Both the position numbers and the translations under genes were made by a program. A stretch of 64,000 nucleotides of DNA, from NCBI GenBank assembly GCA_964016885.1, contig OZ024758.1:17856001-17920000 (forward strand), written 5' to 3'. The stretch is from Eledone cirrhosa. Lineage: Eukaryota. Of the stretch, positions 1 to 13,944 are shown piece after piece. Numbering within the stretch: position 1 is the stretch's first letter; the number at the start of each line of letters is the position of its first letter. Below the pieces are notes generated by a model. It worked only from the letters and a program-made list of their open reading frames with translations. It had not been told where the DNA came from and searched no databases.

Positions 1-311
1 GCGACTTGAAAACTCTGGTACAAACACTACACTTGTGACAATTATTGACACATAGTGCTGGGCCCTTGGTACCATGTGTCGACAAGTGCAGAGAGATCTC
101 CAGATATAAAGCAATGCCTGTGTCGTGAAGCTTTTGAAGTGAGCAAAGGCACTGCACAAAGCCAGTCCCACTCTCTTAACCAAGATGATATTTACCAAAA
201 AGAAGAACAAGTCAACATCATTGGATACCATCAGAGTTGTAGGTGTTATATCAGAGTTTTCCTTCTCCTAGAATTCTGCCTTGACAAAGGCTAAGGGATC
301 ATCTCTCCCGA
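1..311 (+). mobile_element. Dispersed repeat ending in (CATA)n, copy A (5' part outside window)
   Basis: 1-263 is closely similar to 21977-22239; followed directly by a (CATA)n run (~311-348). Confidence 0.7.
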
Positions 312-369
312 CATACATACATACATACATACATACATACATACATACGTAACGTAAATAGATAAGCAA

Positions 370-610
370 ATGGCGCCATAAAAGGGAAATAACTCGTCTC
401 TCATCTCTATTTATACATTTGAATTGAAAAATCATTACATTACAAATTCGATTTTTGTACTTAGCGTGGGTCGATTTGAAATTTCTTTTTACCGATGTCG
501 CCGCCGCAATTTCTAGCAATTTCACCGAAATTTGAACGTACGGTTTAAGAGGAGATGTGCGCTGACCGTTTTAGTAGACAGACAGATGACCTCAGTTTTA
601 TATATATAGA
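370..610 (-). mobile_element. Non-autonomous Helitron-like 5' fragment
   Basis: Minus strand begins a|TCTATATATATAAAACTGAGGTCATCTGTCTGTCT, a typical Helitron-N 5' end; no 3' hairpin/CTAG seen. Confidence 0.45.
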
Positions 611-656
611 TATATATTTATATTTATATTCATATATATATATATATTTATAAATA

Positions 657-689
<33 letters not shown>

Positions 690-895
690 ATATAAATAGA
701 CATAGGTTAGGTATAATCTGTGTGACATAATGTATAAGGGACATCAAAGTTTAAAGAATACGCAAGAAGCAGCATACATATATACATACGTGTATACACT
801 CGTGTATACACGCGTGTATACACACTAACAAGTTTCTCTGTCCATCTGGATGTGTGTAAGCATCCATGCGTAAAATAGTTACAACATATCCATGT

Positions 896-1044
896 CTAAA
901 TGTATATATATATATATATAGAGGTAGATAGATGGATATATATGTGTGTGTGTATACGTATATATATATATATATGTGTGTGTATACGTATATATATATT
1001 TGTGTGTGTATATATATCTATATATACATATATATTTGTGTGTG

Positions 1045-1088
<44 letters not shown>

Positions 1089-1312
1089 GTGTGTATATAT
1101 CTATATACACATATATATTTGTGTGTGTATGTATATATATATATATATATATGTTGTGTGTGTATATATCTATATATACATATATATTTGTATGTGTATG
1201 TATATATATATATATATATATATACAGAGAGAGAGAGATACATGATTGTACATATACATATCAGATAATGTGCATGTTCCATGTTTTGGCGTGCTTCCGT
1301 GTTTGCTTCCTC

Positions 1313-1376
<64 letters not shown>

Positions 1377-1380
1377 TGTG
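896..1380. repeat. Compound (TA)n/(TG)n microsatellite with ~70-bp higher-order units
   Basis: Unit TGTGTGTATATATCTATATACACATATATATTTGTGTGTGTATG(TA)n recurs ~3 times. Confidence 0.85.
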
Positions 1381-1697
1381 TGTGAAAGAGGGAGAGAGAG
1401 TGTATGTTTACATATCAGATACAAATGCCTACGGATGCCCTCCCCAATGTCCACATATACACACACACACACGCAATACTTGGCCTCTCACATACGTCAT
1501 TTGAACAAATGCGCTTGTAGAAGTGCGTGCTTAGTAGCAAATGTTTGAAGTAAAGATTCCTGTTTGTTTCGACGGCTTTGATGTCTGAAGTTCGTTGAAA
1601 GCAATATAGCGAATGGCCGATATGGAGTCCAAAAGGAAATTGATGCTACTTCTCACGCTGTGATAATATCATATGTACATAAATTAAGCATATATAC

Positions 1698-1774
<77 letters not shown>

Positions 1775-1822
1775 CATACTTACAATATATATATATACAT
1801 ATGTATATATATATATATACTT

Positions 1823-1868
<46 letters not shown>

Positions 1869-1892
1869 CTTACAATATATATATATATATGT

Positions 1893-1958
1893 GAACAAGT
1901 AGGACCCCGACGGCCGAGCTCAAGCCGTTTCGACGACTAATACTGGACTAATTCTGAC
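1893..1958 (-). mobile_element. Fragment of ~140-bp (TA)n-associated family (family A)
   Basis: Reverse complement GTCGAAACGGCTTGAGCTCGGCCGTCGGGGTCCTACTTGTTC, flanked both sides by (TA)n. Confidence 0.8.
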
Positions 1959-2018
1959 TATATATATATATATATATATTTAAGTATATATATATATATA
2001 TATATATATATACTTACA

Positions 2019-2051
<33 letters not shown>

Positions 2052-2632
2052 CTTACTATATATATATATATATATATATATACATACTTACTATATATAT
2101 ATATATATACATACTTACTATATATATATATATATATACATACTTACTATATATATATATATATATATTCACTCACACATATATTTATATATATATACAC
2201 ACACACATACATATATATATATATACTCATATACATACACATACATACATCATACATGTCTACCTACACCCACTCATACCTACATACATAACATATACAA
2301 ACACACGCACACACACACACACATATATATATATATACACATACGTACCTACATACACACAATCATACATACATACGGGTGTATATTTTATTTCCCCAAG
2401 ATGATTATGTATACTGGTTACAAACACAAATATATATATACACATATATACACATGCACTTAGATGTACAAATACACGAATTATTGTATATATTGGCAGT
2501 TCCTTTGTGGTGGTTTATTTTCCCTCTGTAAAGGTATTTAGGTAGACTTTCCAATTCGCATAAGTGGTATGCCATGCTGGAAGCTGTGTAGATCCTTCCA
2601 AAGTATTAGTGTGTGTGATTGCGTGTGTGTAC

Positions 2633-2757
2633 GTCGAAACGGCTTGAGCTCAGCCGTCGGGGTCCTACTCGTTCCTATTACCCACTCTACTACCCTAAGT
2701 ATTGAGTACTTTGGTGCGTTATGTTCCACCTGGTTGCTTACCACATTTCCTTCGTTT
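2633..2757 (+). mobile_element. Family A element (GTCGAAACGG...ACCACATTTCCTTCGTT|(TA)n)
   Basis: Matches copies at 18321, 39390, 40005, 47301, 50523; 3' end abuts (TA)n. Confidence 0.85.
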
Positions 2758-2761
2758 TATA

Positions 2762-2870
<109 letters not shown>

Positions 2871-2896
2871 GATAACATGTCATCGTTTTAGTAATC

Positions 2897-3009
2897 CAGT
2901 ATTCCGATGATATGATCAGACACACACTGAATTTAAGGTCGAGTGACGCAATTTCGAGTGATCAGCGGCTTTTAGACTCACCTGATCAATGAAACAATTA
3001 TTAATACTG
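2897..3009 (+). ncRNA. Hammerhead ribozyme-like motif with long stem II (degenerate)
   Basis: CAGTATT-CCGATGA-tATGATCAG...CTGATCAAt-GAAA-CAATTA-TT-AATACTG; 7-bp stem I; in a ~190-bp island between TA runs. Confidence 0.6.
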
Positions 3010-4016
3010 TAAATAAAAGACTTTTTGTACAGCTGGCCATGTTATACTTTACTCTTTCACTATATATATATATGAGAGAGAAAACATAAATTTACAATCG
3101 TTATATGTATAAATCTCTCTCTCATTTCTCTCTCCCATTCTCAGTATTACATCCATATGTTACTCTTGTGCATATGTCTGCGTCTATTACTCCATAGGGC
3201 TTTGAAACCGTTGTTCATCTCTCCTTAGAAAGTATAATTTCTACTACACATCAGATTAACTATAAATCTACAAACAGTTAAAAAACATCTTTCATGTTCG
3301 GATAAAAGTCGAGTCTAATGTAGAGCTGTTATGCAATGAATTTAAATTTGAAGCAAGCATTTGATCGTAATTATAGGCAGTTCGCTTCAGATTACCTTTC
3401 CTTAGTTCATTTTACTGTCAGGAATAAGCATTCGTATTTAATTATCTAGAAATCTTCGTGTGATATAGTAGATACCTTATTCAGCATGATGTTACCTGTC
3501 GTCAGCTGAAGTCTATGAACCCGGAGTTAAGAACCGCTGCTTAAGAGGAATTATTCTTACATACAGTTATCTAAAGAAAGTTCTACTGTGTTAAATCTAT
3601 TTTCTGTAGAAAGACTGAATTAGTAGTGACAGGATGTTAACCTTGATTCAATCCCAAAACTGATTAGATACCACTCGACTTACTATGTCTGTGAATTTCT
3701 ATTTCTGAATAATTTGGTCACAATACCAACTCAATATCTGATGACAGTTTTTTTTTCTACTGCATAACTTATTGGTGGTGGCAATATGCGTTACGTGATA
3801 TATTTATTTATTCAAATGTGTGGACACAGCTTGACCAAATGATTAAGAGAAGATCGCATCACACTCATATGTACTCTAGTTTGATTCCTTTTCTTGGCAT
3901 TTTTGACAAGTGGCATTTACAATTACGTCAGGGTAGCTCGAGGCATGTAAGTGACATCTGGCAGACGGAACATGTTTGCAAGCCTGCCCAATTGATTAAG
4001 TGTATTTATGTTATTG

Positions 4017-4135
4017 TAGGCTGCAAATTGGCAGAGTCGTTAGAATGTTGGATAGAATACTTTATGGCATTTGTTCCGGCTCTCTATTCTCTGAGTTTAA
4101 ATCCAATCGAGGTCAACTTTGCCATTCATCCTTCC
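4017..4135 (+). mobile_element. tRNA-head SINE, diverged partial copy
   Basis: TTGGCAGAGTCG A-box-like, GAGTTTAAATCC B-box-like, AACTTTGCCATTCATCCTT body. Confidence 0.7.
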
Positions 4136-4654
4136 TCCATATCTCTTTCTCATTTCCTCTTTCTCTCTTTCTATCTTTCTCTGGAAGAAATCTGCTGTAC
4201 TCAGGCCCGGAGAGGTATGTGCTCTGCCAGGCTTAACATGCCCAAGAAACGCTGTATCTCAATATGGCTCCCCTAAGACACCCTAAGGAGTTACGGGACC
4301 ATACATACATACATTTACTCTATTACTCTAAACGTGTTACAGCCTAGAGGCTGAGGCCATGCTGGAGCACTGCCATTATACATGTAAAGTAAATGGACAG
4401 CCATGTCCCTTATTCTGTCACGCTGTATTTTCCAGAGAATTAAACTGTCTACTTGTCTCCCTGGAATGCTAAGCTAGTTCAAGTTAATTTTCCCCAAACA
4501 AGCTGTTTAGGGAACATTATCTTGCACAATCATCGTAATCATGGAGAAGGGTAGGGCTCTGCTTGGCTTAATATGCCAAAGAAACTTCGTATGCCACAAC
4601 GGCAGACCTATTCATGTGTTTTGATGGACGTGAGAATGTATGCTCAATACCTAA

Positions 4655-4800
4655 GTATAGTTACCATTATATGCCCTTTATGATCTGAGTTCAAATCCCG
4701 CCCAGGTTAACTTTGCCTTTCATCCATACGGGGTCGATAAAATAAAGCACCAGTAATACACTGGCATAATTGCTGGCCTTGTGCCAAAAGTACAAAGAAT
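4655..4800 (+). mobile_element. tRNA-head SINE, 3' part
   Basis: GAGTTCAAATCCCG...GCCTTTCATCC..CGGGGTCGATAAAATAAAGCACCAGT...GCTGGCCTTGTGCC. Confidence 0.85.
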
Positions 4801-5593
4801 TACATATATACATACATAAATCGGACGCTAGACGAAATCAGGAGTTACTGGATTATACCAGTGCTTCACTCCACAGTAAAGTGGAGTTAACTATATCTAA
4901 ATTATTTTTGATCACCTATTGCAATGTCATAAGTCAACTGAACTGAAGCCTACTCGGCTTATTGAGCCATGATAACAATACTTTTAGAAACGACCAGAAA
5001 CACGCATACACACACACAAAAATACACAAGTAAACGTTTCTGTGACATAGATTAGTTTGAGCTTTATTTATTTAAACAATACATACTATCTAATATACGA
5101 TAAAAGAATAGAGAAGAGTTTATCATTTAATCGGTGTAGGTCAAACAATCTTTGAAAAGAAATCAATACTTGTATGTTATAAATGCGGCTACTACATATT
5201 TATTCAAATATATGTCCATCTTCGAAGTATATAAGAAAACAATGATTCACAAATTGCGGTTAAAGACAGATAAATGACTTTGATGAAGTAGATATCTAGG
5301 TCACGAGTGAAAATATTATCTCTATGTCTATGGAATCATATTATCATATTACGACAATGCCATCTCTACTGTACATACTCCATTTAGCAGGGCCTATTCA
5401 CAACATATTCTTGTCCATAATTTCTTTTAGAAATGAACCAAACAAATATATTTAAATGAATTCGAATATTGATATTAATATCGATAGCTAATTGACGATT
5501 TAATTGTCAAAAGATGACAAAAGCATCAGGAGAAATATATCTACAATATCTTGTATTAGCCTTTGAATTATTTCAAAAGAATTTGCTAATTAA

Positions 5594-5812
5594 CCCTTTA
5601 GCATTTGCATGACTATAATTACTATTGTATTTTTGCAGTAAATTCTTTATCTTAAATAATTATCTCACATAATATGGAATCTATGAGATTTTGATATTAT
5701 TTATTTTGAGAACAATACCTTAACATCAGTGTGCGTGGCTAGTTATGACTGGTTTGAACAGAAAGAGGTGAGAGGATTCTGGCCGGATACAGCCGGTTTA
5801 TATGCTAATAGA
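5594..5812. mobile_element. piggyBac-like MITE
   Basis: TTAA|CCCTTTAGCATTT ... TATGCTAATAGA|TTAA; homologous to 40759-40983. Confidence 0.75.
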
Positions 5813-5868
5813 TTAAGCATATTTGCAATAAGAAAATGAAATATAAAGCAACTAAGCGTTATATATAT

Positions 5869-5980
5869 AGAGTTCAAGGAAACGACAAACTGAGGTACAA
5901 GAAGTCTTATTAGTTTCACGCTTTATATGGGAAAGGAGAAAGACAGTTTGACGTGTTGGGCTTTAGCCCTTCTTCGGGAG
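5869..5980 (-). mobile_element. Decayed hammerhead-bearing terminal fragment (same family as 16335-16565)
   Basis: Minus: CCGAAGA-A-GGGC taaa GCCC-AACA-CG-TC, then a tail similar to 16478-16560, ending at a TA run. Confidence 0.55.
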
Positions 5981-6379
5981 TACATACATAGAGAGAGATT
6001 CACATAAACATACACGCACACACACAGAAATATATAATCATGGTCTGGATCAGAGTGGGGAAACAAAAGATAGGAGGAGTGAATACGTAAACGATGACTA
6101 ACATATTAAATAATATTCCCAAAGGGATATGCAAATATATCTTAGATACAAATAATACTACCATTAGAATTAGTTTCATGACGACAATACTGAACATAAA
6201 GATCTCATGAGAATTAATTAACATTGTATAATTCTTATGAAGAGCCGGATGGACTGATTGTTATCATCATTTGCGTTCACTTTCACAAATAATTTTTATT
6301 AACGAATACACCAGAAAATACACCAGAAGGTGTAAATACATTTTATTTGAATTTCTCAGATAGAATAATATAATTATTA

Positions 6380-7228
6380 CCTGGATTAGCAATATCGGGA
6401 GAGCGTCAGACACCATACTTTACGTCATAGAGTTACGGGCCTTTACGTTCTGAGCTCAAATCCCGTCGATGTTAATTTTGCCTTTCATCCTTACAGGGTT
6501 GATAAAATAAAGCACCAGTAACGTATTGGGGTCGATTTAAACGAATTTATCCCCCCCCCCCCCAAAAAAAAAAAAAATTACTGGCCCTGTGCCTATACTA
6601 GAAATCATTATTATGTGGATTGGCTGTATCGGTAGAGGGTCGGAGGCTATGCTCTGCAGCATAGAGTTACAGACCTTTACGGTCTGATTTCATATCCCGC
6701 CCAGGTTAACTTTGCGTTTCATCCTTACGGTATCGTTAAAATAAAGTACCAGTAATGCACTGGGATAATTGCTGGCCTTGTGCCCAAACTAGAAACAATT
6801 ATTATGTGGATTATCAGTATCGGTAGAGGGTCGGAAGCTATGCTCGATAGCATAGAGTTATGGATCTTTACAGTCTGATTTCAAATTCCCTCAAGGTTAG
6901 ATTTGTCTTTCATCCTTACGTGGTCGATAAAATAAAGTACCAGTCACGCACTGCGGTCGATTTAACCAACTTTCCCCCTCCCCCAAATTGCTGGCCTTGT
7001 GCTTAAATCAGAAACCATTATTATAAACGCATTTGGGCGGTGGATTGGCAGTGTCGGTAGAGGGTCGGACGACATGCTTTATAGCATAGAGTTACGGTCC
7101 TTGCCATTCTGAGTTCAAATCCCGTCGAGGTTAACTTTGCCTTTCATCCTTATGGGGTCGATAAAATAAAGTACCAGTAATACACTGGGTCATTGCTGGC
7201 CTTGTGCCAAAAGTAGAAACAATTATTA
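6380..7228 (+). mobile_element. Head-to-tail chain of 4 tRNA-head SINE copies
   Basis: Four repeats of GGATTGGCAGTATCGGTAGAG...GTTCAAATCCCG...TCGATAAAATAAAGTACCAG...GAAACAATTATT. Confidence 0.9.
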
Positions 7229-7487
7229 TAAACGCATTTATTCGGAATAGTGTTCTCATCGTGAATGTTATAATCGCTATGTCTCAGCATCCCCTGGCCT
7301 CATTCTATCGGCCATCACCACACAGTCATGAGATATCATAATAAAGGAAGGATATTTAAATACATACAATAGAAAAAAATACCTTTACTTCTATTATACT
7401 AATGTAATCGAAATATATTTTTTAGTGCAGTAAATGGAATGTTAGAGAAATCTAGTTCTTTATTCACAAGAGACAGTAACTTGACAC

Positions 7488-7747
<260 letters not shown>

Positions 7748-8820
7748 CCAAATTTAAATAAAGATTCTAGTACATTAATATCGTCAACATTTCTGAAGTC
7801 ACAGTCTAGCAAACTTTCATATATTTTTTCGTTGTGTTTTCCTTGCTTTTCAAATTAAGAATACTTTTGAGTTGCTATTTACTATAACTATAGTCTCTGG
7901 CCCCTCAGGAACATTGAATTCGATATCATATGCTATTGCAATACCTCTGTGAAACAACATTATATTGCTTGCTGTTTCCGCAAACATTTTGTTTGCAAGT
8001 CTACATTTCACTTCATTATTGATTTCTAACCTCTGCGCACGGTTATTAAATTTGCCGAGGAAGCATAAATATGATTCATTCAACTCTTGTGTATTACTGG
8101 TACTTAGCTATCATTGTTTTCTTTGTTGTATTCCAAATCCATTACATTGATGTCCGTTAAATTGAGATTGTACTGTAACCTCCTTAGACTATTCTCATAT
8201 AATTAGAGAATAAATATTTATGCATACACGGAATATATTAAAACTATTAAGAATCGAACAGAATATCTCTATTAACCAAGTTGTATCTCATAATCTAACG
8301 ATTTGATCTCAGAAACGCTCTTGGGACGCTGAATGTGACCTGATCCCAGCACACAGAATGTCAGATGTGTTGCTCCGGTGGAGACCGATGGGGATGCGTT
8401 ATATCATATTATCGATTCCAGATTTATGAATTATTTCCAACATAGATCTTAGCGAAAAAAACAATATTTTAATTGTCATATAGCTTGTCTTGATTTCCTG
8501 AAACTCCTAATGTTGGATTTGCTATTGTGCTTAGGTGTGATTAGGTGTGCTTAAGTACAGGGCCTCGTTTGTATGGGGTGCAGCTTTCTGCCAAAAAAAA
8601 AAAGCGAACAAAAAAAACATTTTTAAGGGGGCCAACTAAACGGCCTCATAACTTAACTAGCACAGGGCCTCATTTGTCCAAAATCTGGCACTGGAACTTC
8701 TTTAATTTAATCATCCCCAATAATATATTGGAACTCATTTGTATCAGCTTTAAATCTAATCAAATATGTATAGAAACTATGTTAGTAACTAATATAGTAT
8801 CATTAATCACTCGTCCTCTA

Positions 8821-9233
8821 TCTATATACTACTAAAACTCTGTAATGTAATACAGCCAGAACGGTGCATTATGGGAAAATACTTCGAAAGGATGTTGCCC
8901 CTGAAATGAGAATACAAACGAAATAAAACAAGTTTCGTGTAAATCGGAGAACGGGCCCGAGATACGGGTTTTTTCTGGGTATCTTTATACATAGAGAGAG
9001 AGAAAGATAGAGAAGAAGAGATAGTGGTTGTGAGAGAGTAGATTGAAAGAGCGACATAGAGAGAGAGAGAGAGGAGACAAAGAAGGAAAATGGAAGAGAG
9101 AGAGAGATAGAGAGAGAGAGAGATACATAGAGAGAGAGAGAGGAGGAGCTGTAAAAATCATTTTTAAGTGAACATGATTTAAAAAGAATATATTTTTAAG
9201 TGAGTGTGACCCAACGGGTCACGTGTAATCTAG
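8821..9233 (+). mobile_element. Non-autonomous Helitron
   Basis: A|TCTATATACTACTAAAA 5' end; subterminal hairpin GTGACCC aac GGGTCAC; CTAG|T 3' end; internal (GA)n; second copy 57255-57588. Confidence 0.85.
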
Positions 9234-9656
9234 TTCAATATATAACTAGAGCACATGGTACTTGATATGCCCACGCTTTCTTCCCACTGTTAATTTTGTT
9301 TGAATTAAGCAGTTCCATAGCCAAAAAACGATTACATACTAAGTGAATATAAATAAATAATTTACTAGAATTGAATTTTCAATTAATTTTCAACATATTT
9401 AATATTGTCCTGCGAGTGTGAATAAATTAAATATCAAAACTGTATCGGTCCTCTCTTGGGCGATGAAAAAGGTACAAGTTATATATTTGAATATATTAAC
9501 TATACACGGCCAGTCCTCCGGGATCGCGGGACGGCCAGCGCGTGGGCCCCCATTTGCTCTCAATATTGATAGATAGAGAAAGCCGGAGAGACGAGACGAA
9601 GGCAGTGACAGTGGGAGTTTGGTTCCTTTGTGTTCGGACCTGGTCTATATTTAATA

Positions 9657-10103
9657 ATAATAATTGTCTCTACATTTGGCACAAGGCCAGTAATCAGCCA
9701 GTGCATTACTGGTACTTTATTTTATCGACCCCTTAAGGATGAAAGGCAAAGTTAACCTCGGTGAGATTTGAACTCAGATTGTAAAGGGATGTAACTATTT
9801 AATAATAATAATGATGATGAAATTATTGTGTACAGAGCTCAGGTGCACTACAACTCATCAAATATGCATGTATAGTACATAGAATAATGGTTTCTTATAC
9901 AAGGCCAGCATTTTTTTGTTGGGGGGGGGGGGGGGGAGTCGATTAAATCGACCCTAGTGCGTGACTGGTACTTTATTTTGTCCACACCGTAAGGATGAAA
10001 GGCAAAGTTAACCTCGGCTGGATTTGAACATAGATCATAAAGTGCCGTAACTCCATGCTGCAAAGCATGGCGTCTGACCCTCTACCGATACTGCCAATCC
10101 ACC
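9657..10103 (-). mobile_element. Two tRNA-head SINE copies
   Basis: Reverse-complement SINE motifs at ~9657-9800 and ~9884-10103. Confidence 0.85.
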
Positions 10104-10189
10104 GAACATAGACTAATATACAAATGTCAGGAAAATGAAAAGTGTATGAGTCATTATATACATGTGTGCGTGTGTATGGAGGGGGGATA

Positions 10190-10300
10190 TCAGGAATGGT
10201 GTTGGCGAATTTCAGGGAGCATGGAGGTTTTAAAGGATGCAGTGTCTTGGCAGCTAACAACTAATGCAGGTAGTTTATTCCATGCTTCAGCAACTCTGTG
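10190..10300 (-). mobile_element. CR1-clade LINE 3' fragment
   Basis: Minus frame HRVAEAWNKLPALVVSCQDTASFKTSMLPEIRQHHS*, fitting the CR1/L2 C-terminal RV...WN.LP...V......FK motif. Confidence 0.75.
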
Positions 10301-11159
10301 TGTACTTTTGCTATAAATCCACTTTACTATTAATTACCCCCCTTTATTATTCACTCAGTTATCTATTTTGTACATGTACTACTTGAAAACATATCAGTAT
10401 ATCATTGGTAAGAACTGGTGTGTTGTTATTACTGTACGGCAGAACCAAGTTTAAAATCAACACATTTTGAAATATTTTTTAAATAGCTATATTGCACTAA
10501 GTTTAGGGAATGTAATCGATGCAGGAATTCTCTTTCTGCAACACAAGTACACGTTTTGATTTATGATGCTATATGCATAAATAAATATATACATAAATTT
10601 GTATATATTACATATAAAATTATGTATAGAAAAAATATAGGAAATCGGAATCAGTCAGTTACGAAAACTGCAAAGTAAATGGAGATACAACCAATAATTT
10701 CTAGTAGCGCTTTATTATAACTACTAAATATGTACTTCGCTGTTTTTCAGTCTGATAACTTTGACATATGGCTTGATTGTTTTATTGATGTGAGTATAAT
10801 TGGTTGTTTATGAATATATTTTCAATGCAGACATTCCTGTACAGTGAGTACTAATTCATAAAGTGTATTTCAAAGTTATATTTCATCACCTCTGAGTAAT
10901 CTACTTATAATGGTTGGAATCACAGGCGGCACTTGCTTCCCCCTCATTTGCATTTAATCTCGCAACATCCATATTTTATACTTATTATTAAATTCAAATG
11001 ACTTCTGAGAATAATTGTAGCTTTGCATGAGATTAATTATTTAAATCAAACTAAACGTAGTGTTGGTATTAAACAAAATAGATGGAGGAAAATATGTTTA
11101 CATACAAAGGAAAACATCAAAATCAAATCTAACTATGTACGATAGAGAATAAATATGAA

Positions 11160-11624
11160 TAATACACAAATACACAACAACACACGCCGCTTATAAACAC
11201 TTCCTCGCCATTACACACACACATACAAATACACAACAACACACGCCGCATATAAACACTTCCTCGCCATCACACACACATACACAACACACGCTGCACA
11301 CAAACACTTCTTCACCATCACACACATACACACATACCCATATATATACACACACACACACACACAACACACAAACACTGCCTCACCATCACACAAACAC
11401 ACAGGCCAATACATAAATAGAGAAACACACACAAACACTGCCTCACCCTCACACAACCACACATACACAAACACACAGACCCATATATACACACACACAC
11501 AAACACTGTATCTCACTCATACAAACACACATACCCATACACACACTCAGTCTCACACACGCACAAACACAGACACATCCTCACACAAAAACTTCCTCGC
11601 ACATACACATACACATACACACAC

Positions 11625-11659
<35 letters not shown>

Positions 11660-11740
11660 AACACACGCACATACAAACAGTGTCTCATCTTCATACAAAC
11701 AGACATACCTATAAGACACACATACACAAACACGCATATA
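11160..11740. repeat. (CA)-rich minisatellite
   Basis: Degenerate ~50-60-bp units containing AAACACTTCCTCGCCATCACAC. Confidence 0.8.
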
Positions 11741-11762
11741 TAGAATAATGAATTTTAAAATA

Positions 11763-11815
<53 letters not shown>

Positions 11816-11949
11816 TACAATTGATTATATGCTTCGAACTCTCTGAAATATCTTTCTCAAGCTTTAACAGGCTATGTTGGAATTACTATCGGTAAATAGT
11901 CAATAATGCAAAGACTTTCTAAGAAGTTTCACAAACTTAGTTAGATACG

Positions 11950-12430
11950 TCAACATTTAGTTAAAGTTATATATATATTAATATATAAATTTAAATAAAT
12001 GCCTACACATTTAATTAAAGTTATATATATTACTATATAACTTTAAATAAATGTCTAGATATTTAACTAAAGTTATATATAAATAAATATAATTTTAATA
12101 AATGTTTACAGATTTAACTAGTTATATATATTAATAGATAAGTTTAAATAAATTTATACATATTTAACTAGTTATATATATTAATATATCACTTTAAATA
12201 ATGTTTATATATTTAAATAAAGTTATATATATTAATATATAACTTTATATATATTAATATATATTTAAATAAAGTTATATATATTAATATATAACTTTAA
12301 ATAAATATCTACATATTTAACTAAAGTTATAAATATATATTAATATATAACTTTAATTAATGTCTACAGATTTAACTAGTTATATATATATTACTATATA
12401 AGTTTAAATAAATGTTTATATATTTAACCA
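11950..12430. repeat. AT-rich ~43-bp minisatellite with palindromic unit
   Basis: ~11 units of ATTTAACTAAAGTTATATATATTAATATATAACTTTAAATAAATGTCTACA. Confidence 0.85.
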
Positions 12431-12863
12431 AAATATAATTACAAGAATAATTCTCGTCGCTACCATTCTTGTCGAAAGGAAGGAATAAGCACCAACGTTG
12501 TCCCTTGAATCGAATGCAGTCTTAGGATCTTGAATCCAACACAATAATAGATAGATCATGTGTCTTCACTGTTTGATATACCGCAGTGTTAACACTAATT
12601 AACTATGCAAGGTAATGTCTTTTGGTTTTTTTTTTTAGGTGATAATGCACCATAAATCTAAATCATGAAAATAAAGTGAGAAAGCTAGCTCCTGACTGGT
12701 TTCCAAAATCATGGGTGAACCCGGGGTATTTGATGACAGCGGGAACTAACGGTTACAAAGCAAGCTTCATACAGCCTCAACCTGGTACAGACACTTCTAA
12801 ATCTATTTATACTCTGTTCAATAATTCAGAATGTGTATTTAATTAGAAAGGTCTCTACAACAA

Positions 12864-13185
12864 CTACAACGGTTCGCGATGGGGCCCACCCACAGCACCG
12901 GTGGACATAATGGAGAAGGCGTTTCCCCGGAGGACGGCGAGGGGGGCGCGCTGGAAGAGCCACTCTAACTCGCGGGGCTCACACTTGCGGCTGGCCAGCT
13001 CAGCGCCTATGGTGGTGAGTAAGGAGGTAGCACTGGGGTCGAGGACACCAGAAGACTCCACTGCCAGGGGTAAGAACGCAAACCTGTCGGAGAGCGACCG
13101 GTATTTGAGGAGTTTGGCCCCCTCAGCCCGACGTGCAGCAGAACCTGGGTCAGTTGCAGACTGCACCAGGCTGCGGCTGCAGAAA
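12864..13185 (-). mobile_element. CRE-clade non-LTR retrotransposon 3' fragment (restriction-like endonuclease end)
   Basis: AARRAEGAKLLKYRSLSDRFAFLPLAVESSGVL...WLFQRAPLAVLRGNA fits AE..K..KY / F.P.A.E..G / QR.S.A..RGNA; GC-rich island. Confidence 0.8.
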
Positions 13186-13944
13186 GTGTCAGATATTGGA
13201 CCGCGTCGTTACTACTTTGAATAATAAATAAATCTGGAAACATTTCACGAATATTCTAATACACATTTCCTACAACCTGCTGAGCTGGGGTATAACATGA
13301 TGCATAACATGTGACATCAGTTGATGGGAAAAATAGATATAAAGTAATCTTAGCTAGGAAGTTACATTAGACAATATTGAATTGAATTAGAAAACACAAA
13401 CATCGGAATAAGGGTTTGATTGGAATATCTACAAGTTGACATTTTCTAAGGGAGACATATTTATTTGAATTAAACCAGTATATTCCTATTGCGTATTGCA
13501 TCGACATAGTAGAAGTTCAACTAGCAACATTAATTCCACCAGCTTGAACTAGGTAGTCACATAGCCTTCACATTCTCTCCTGTATTAGCCATCTCTACTG
13601 ATTATCATTCAAATAATAAAACTAAAAGTGGAATTTTATATATCTATTCAGAATAAAACCAACGCACATAATCAGATTTGGTAAAAGGAATTCGGAAATT
13701 ACTTTAAGATGAAATTTAAGGAAGTTAAGTTGACATATGGTTTTAGTTTGATGTATTTCAAGTACTCTGAAATGAAATCAATGAAACATTTTTCGCCTCA
13801 GAATTTGAAAGGAAATATTGTATGCTATGTAGTGGCTGGCTGGTTGATGGTGTAAAAGGAAAAGTTATGGTTATGGTTGAAATGTGCTAAAATGTGACCT
13901 GGTTTCAAATCCTTATCATGGTTATTTCATTTCCTTTATTTTTA

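Noticed and set aside
7034-7130. tRNA gene
   Set aside because: A and B boxes are present but it is the SINE head with an over-long spacer and no cloverleaf
8545-8693. hAT-type MITE ending AATCTGGCACTG
   Set aside because: Only one candidate terminus; no matching TIR or TSD found
12440-12846. Possible host exons around AAG|GTAATG and TTTTTTAG|GT
   Set aside because: All three frames hit a stop shortly after the acceptor, and no recognisable protein similarity
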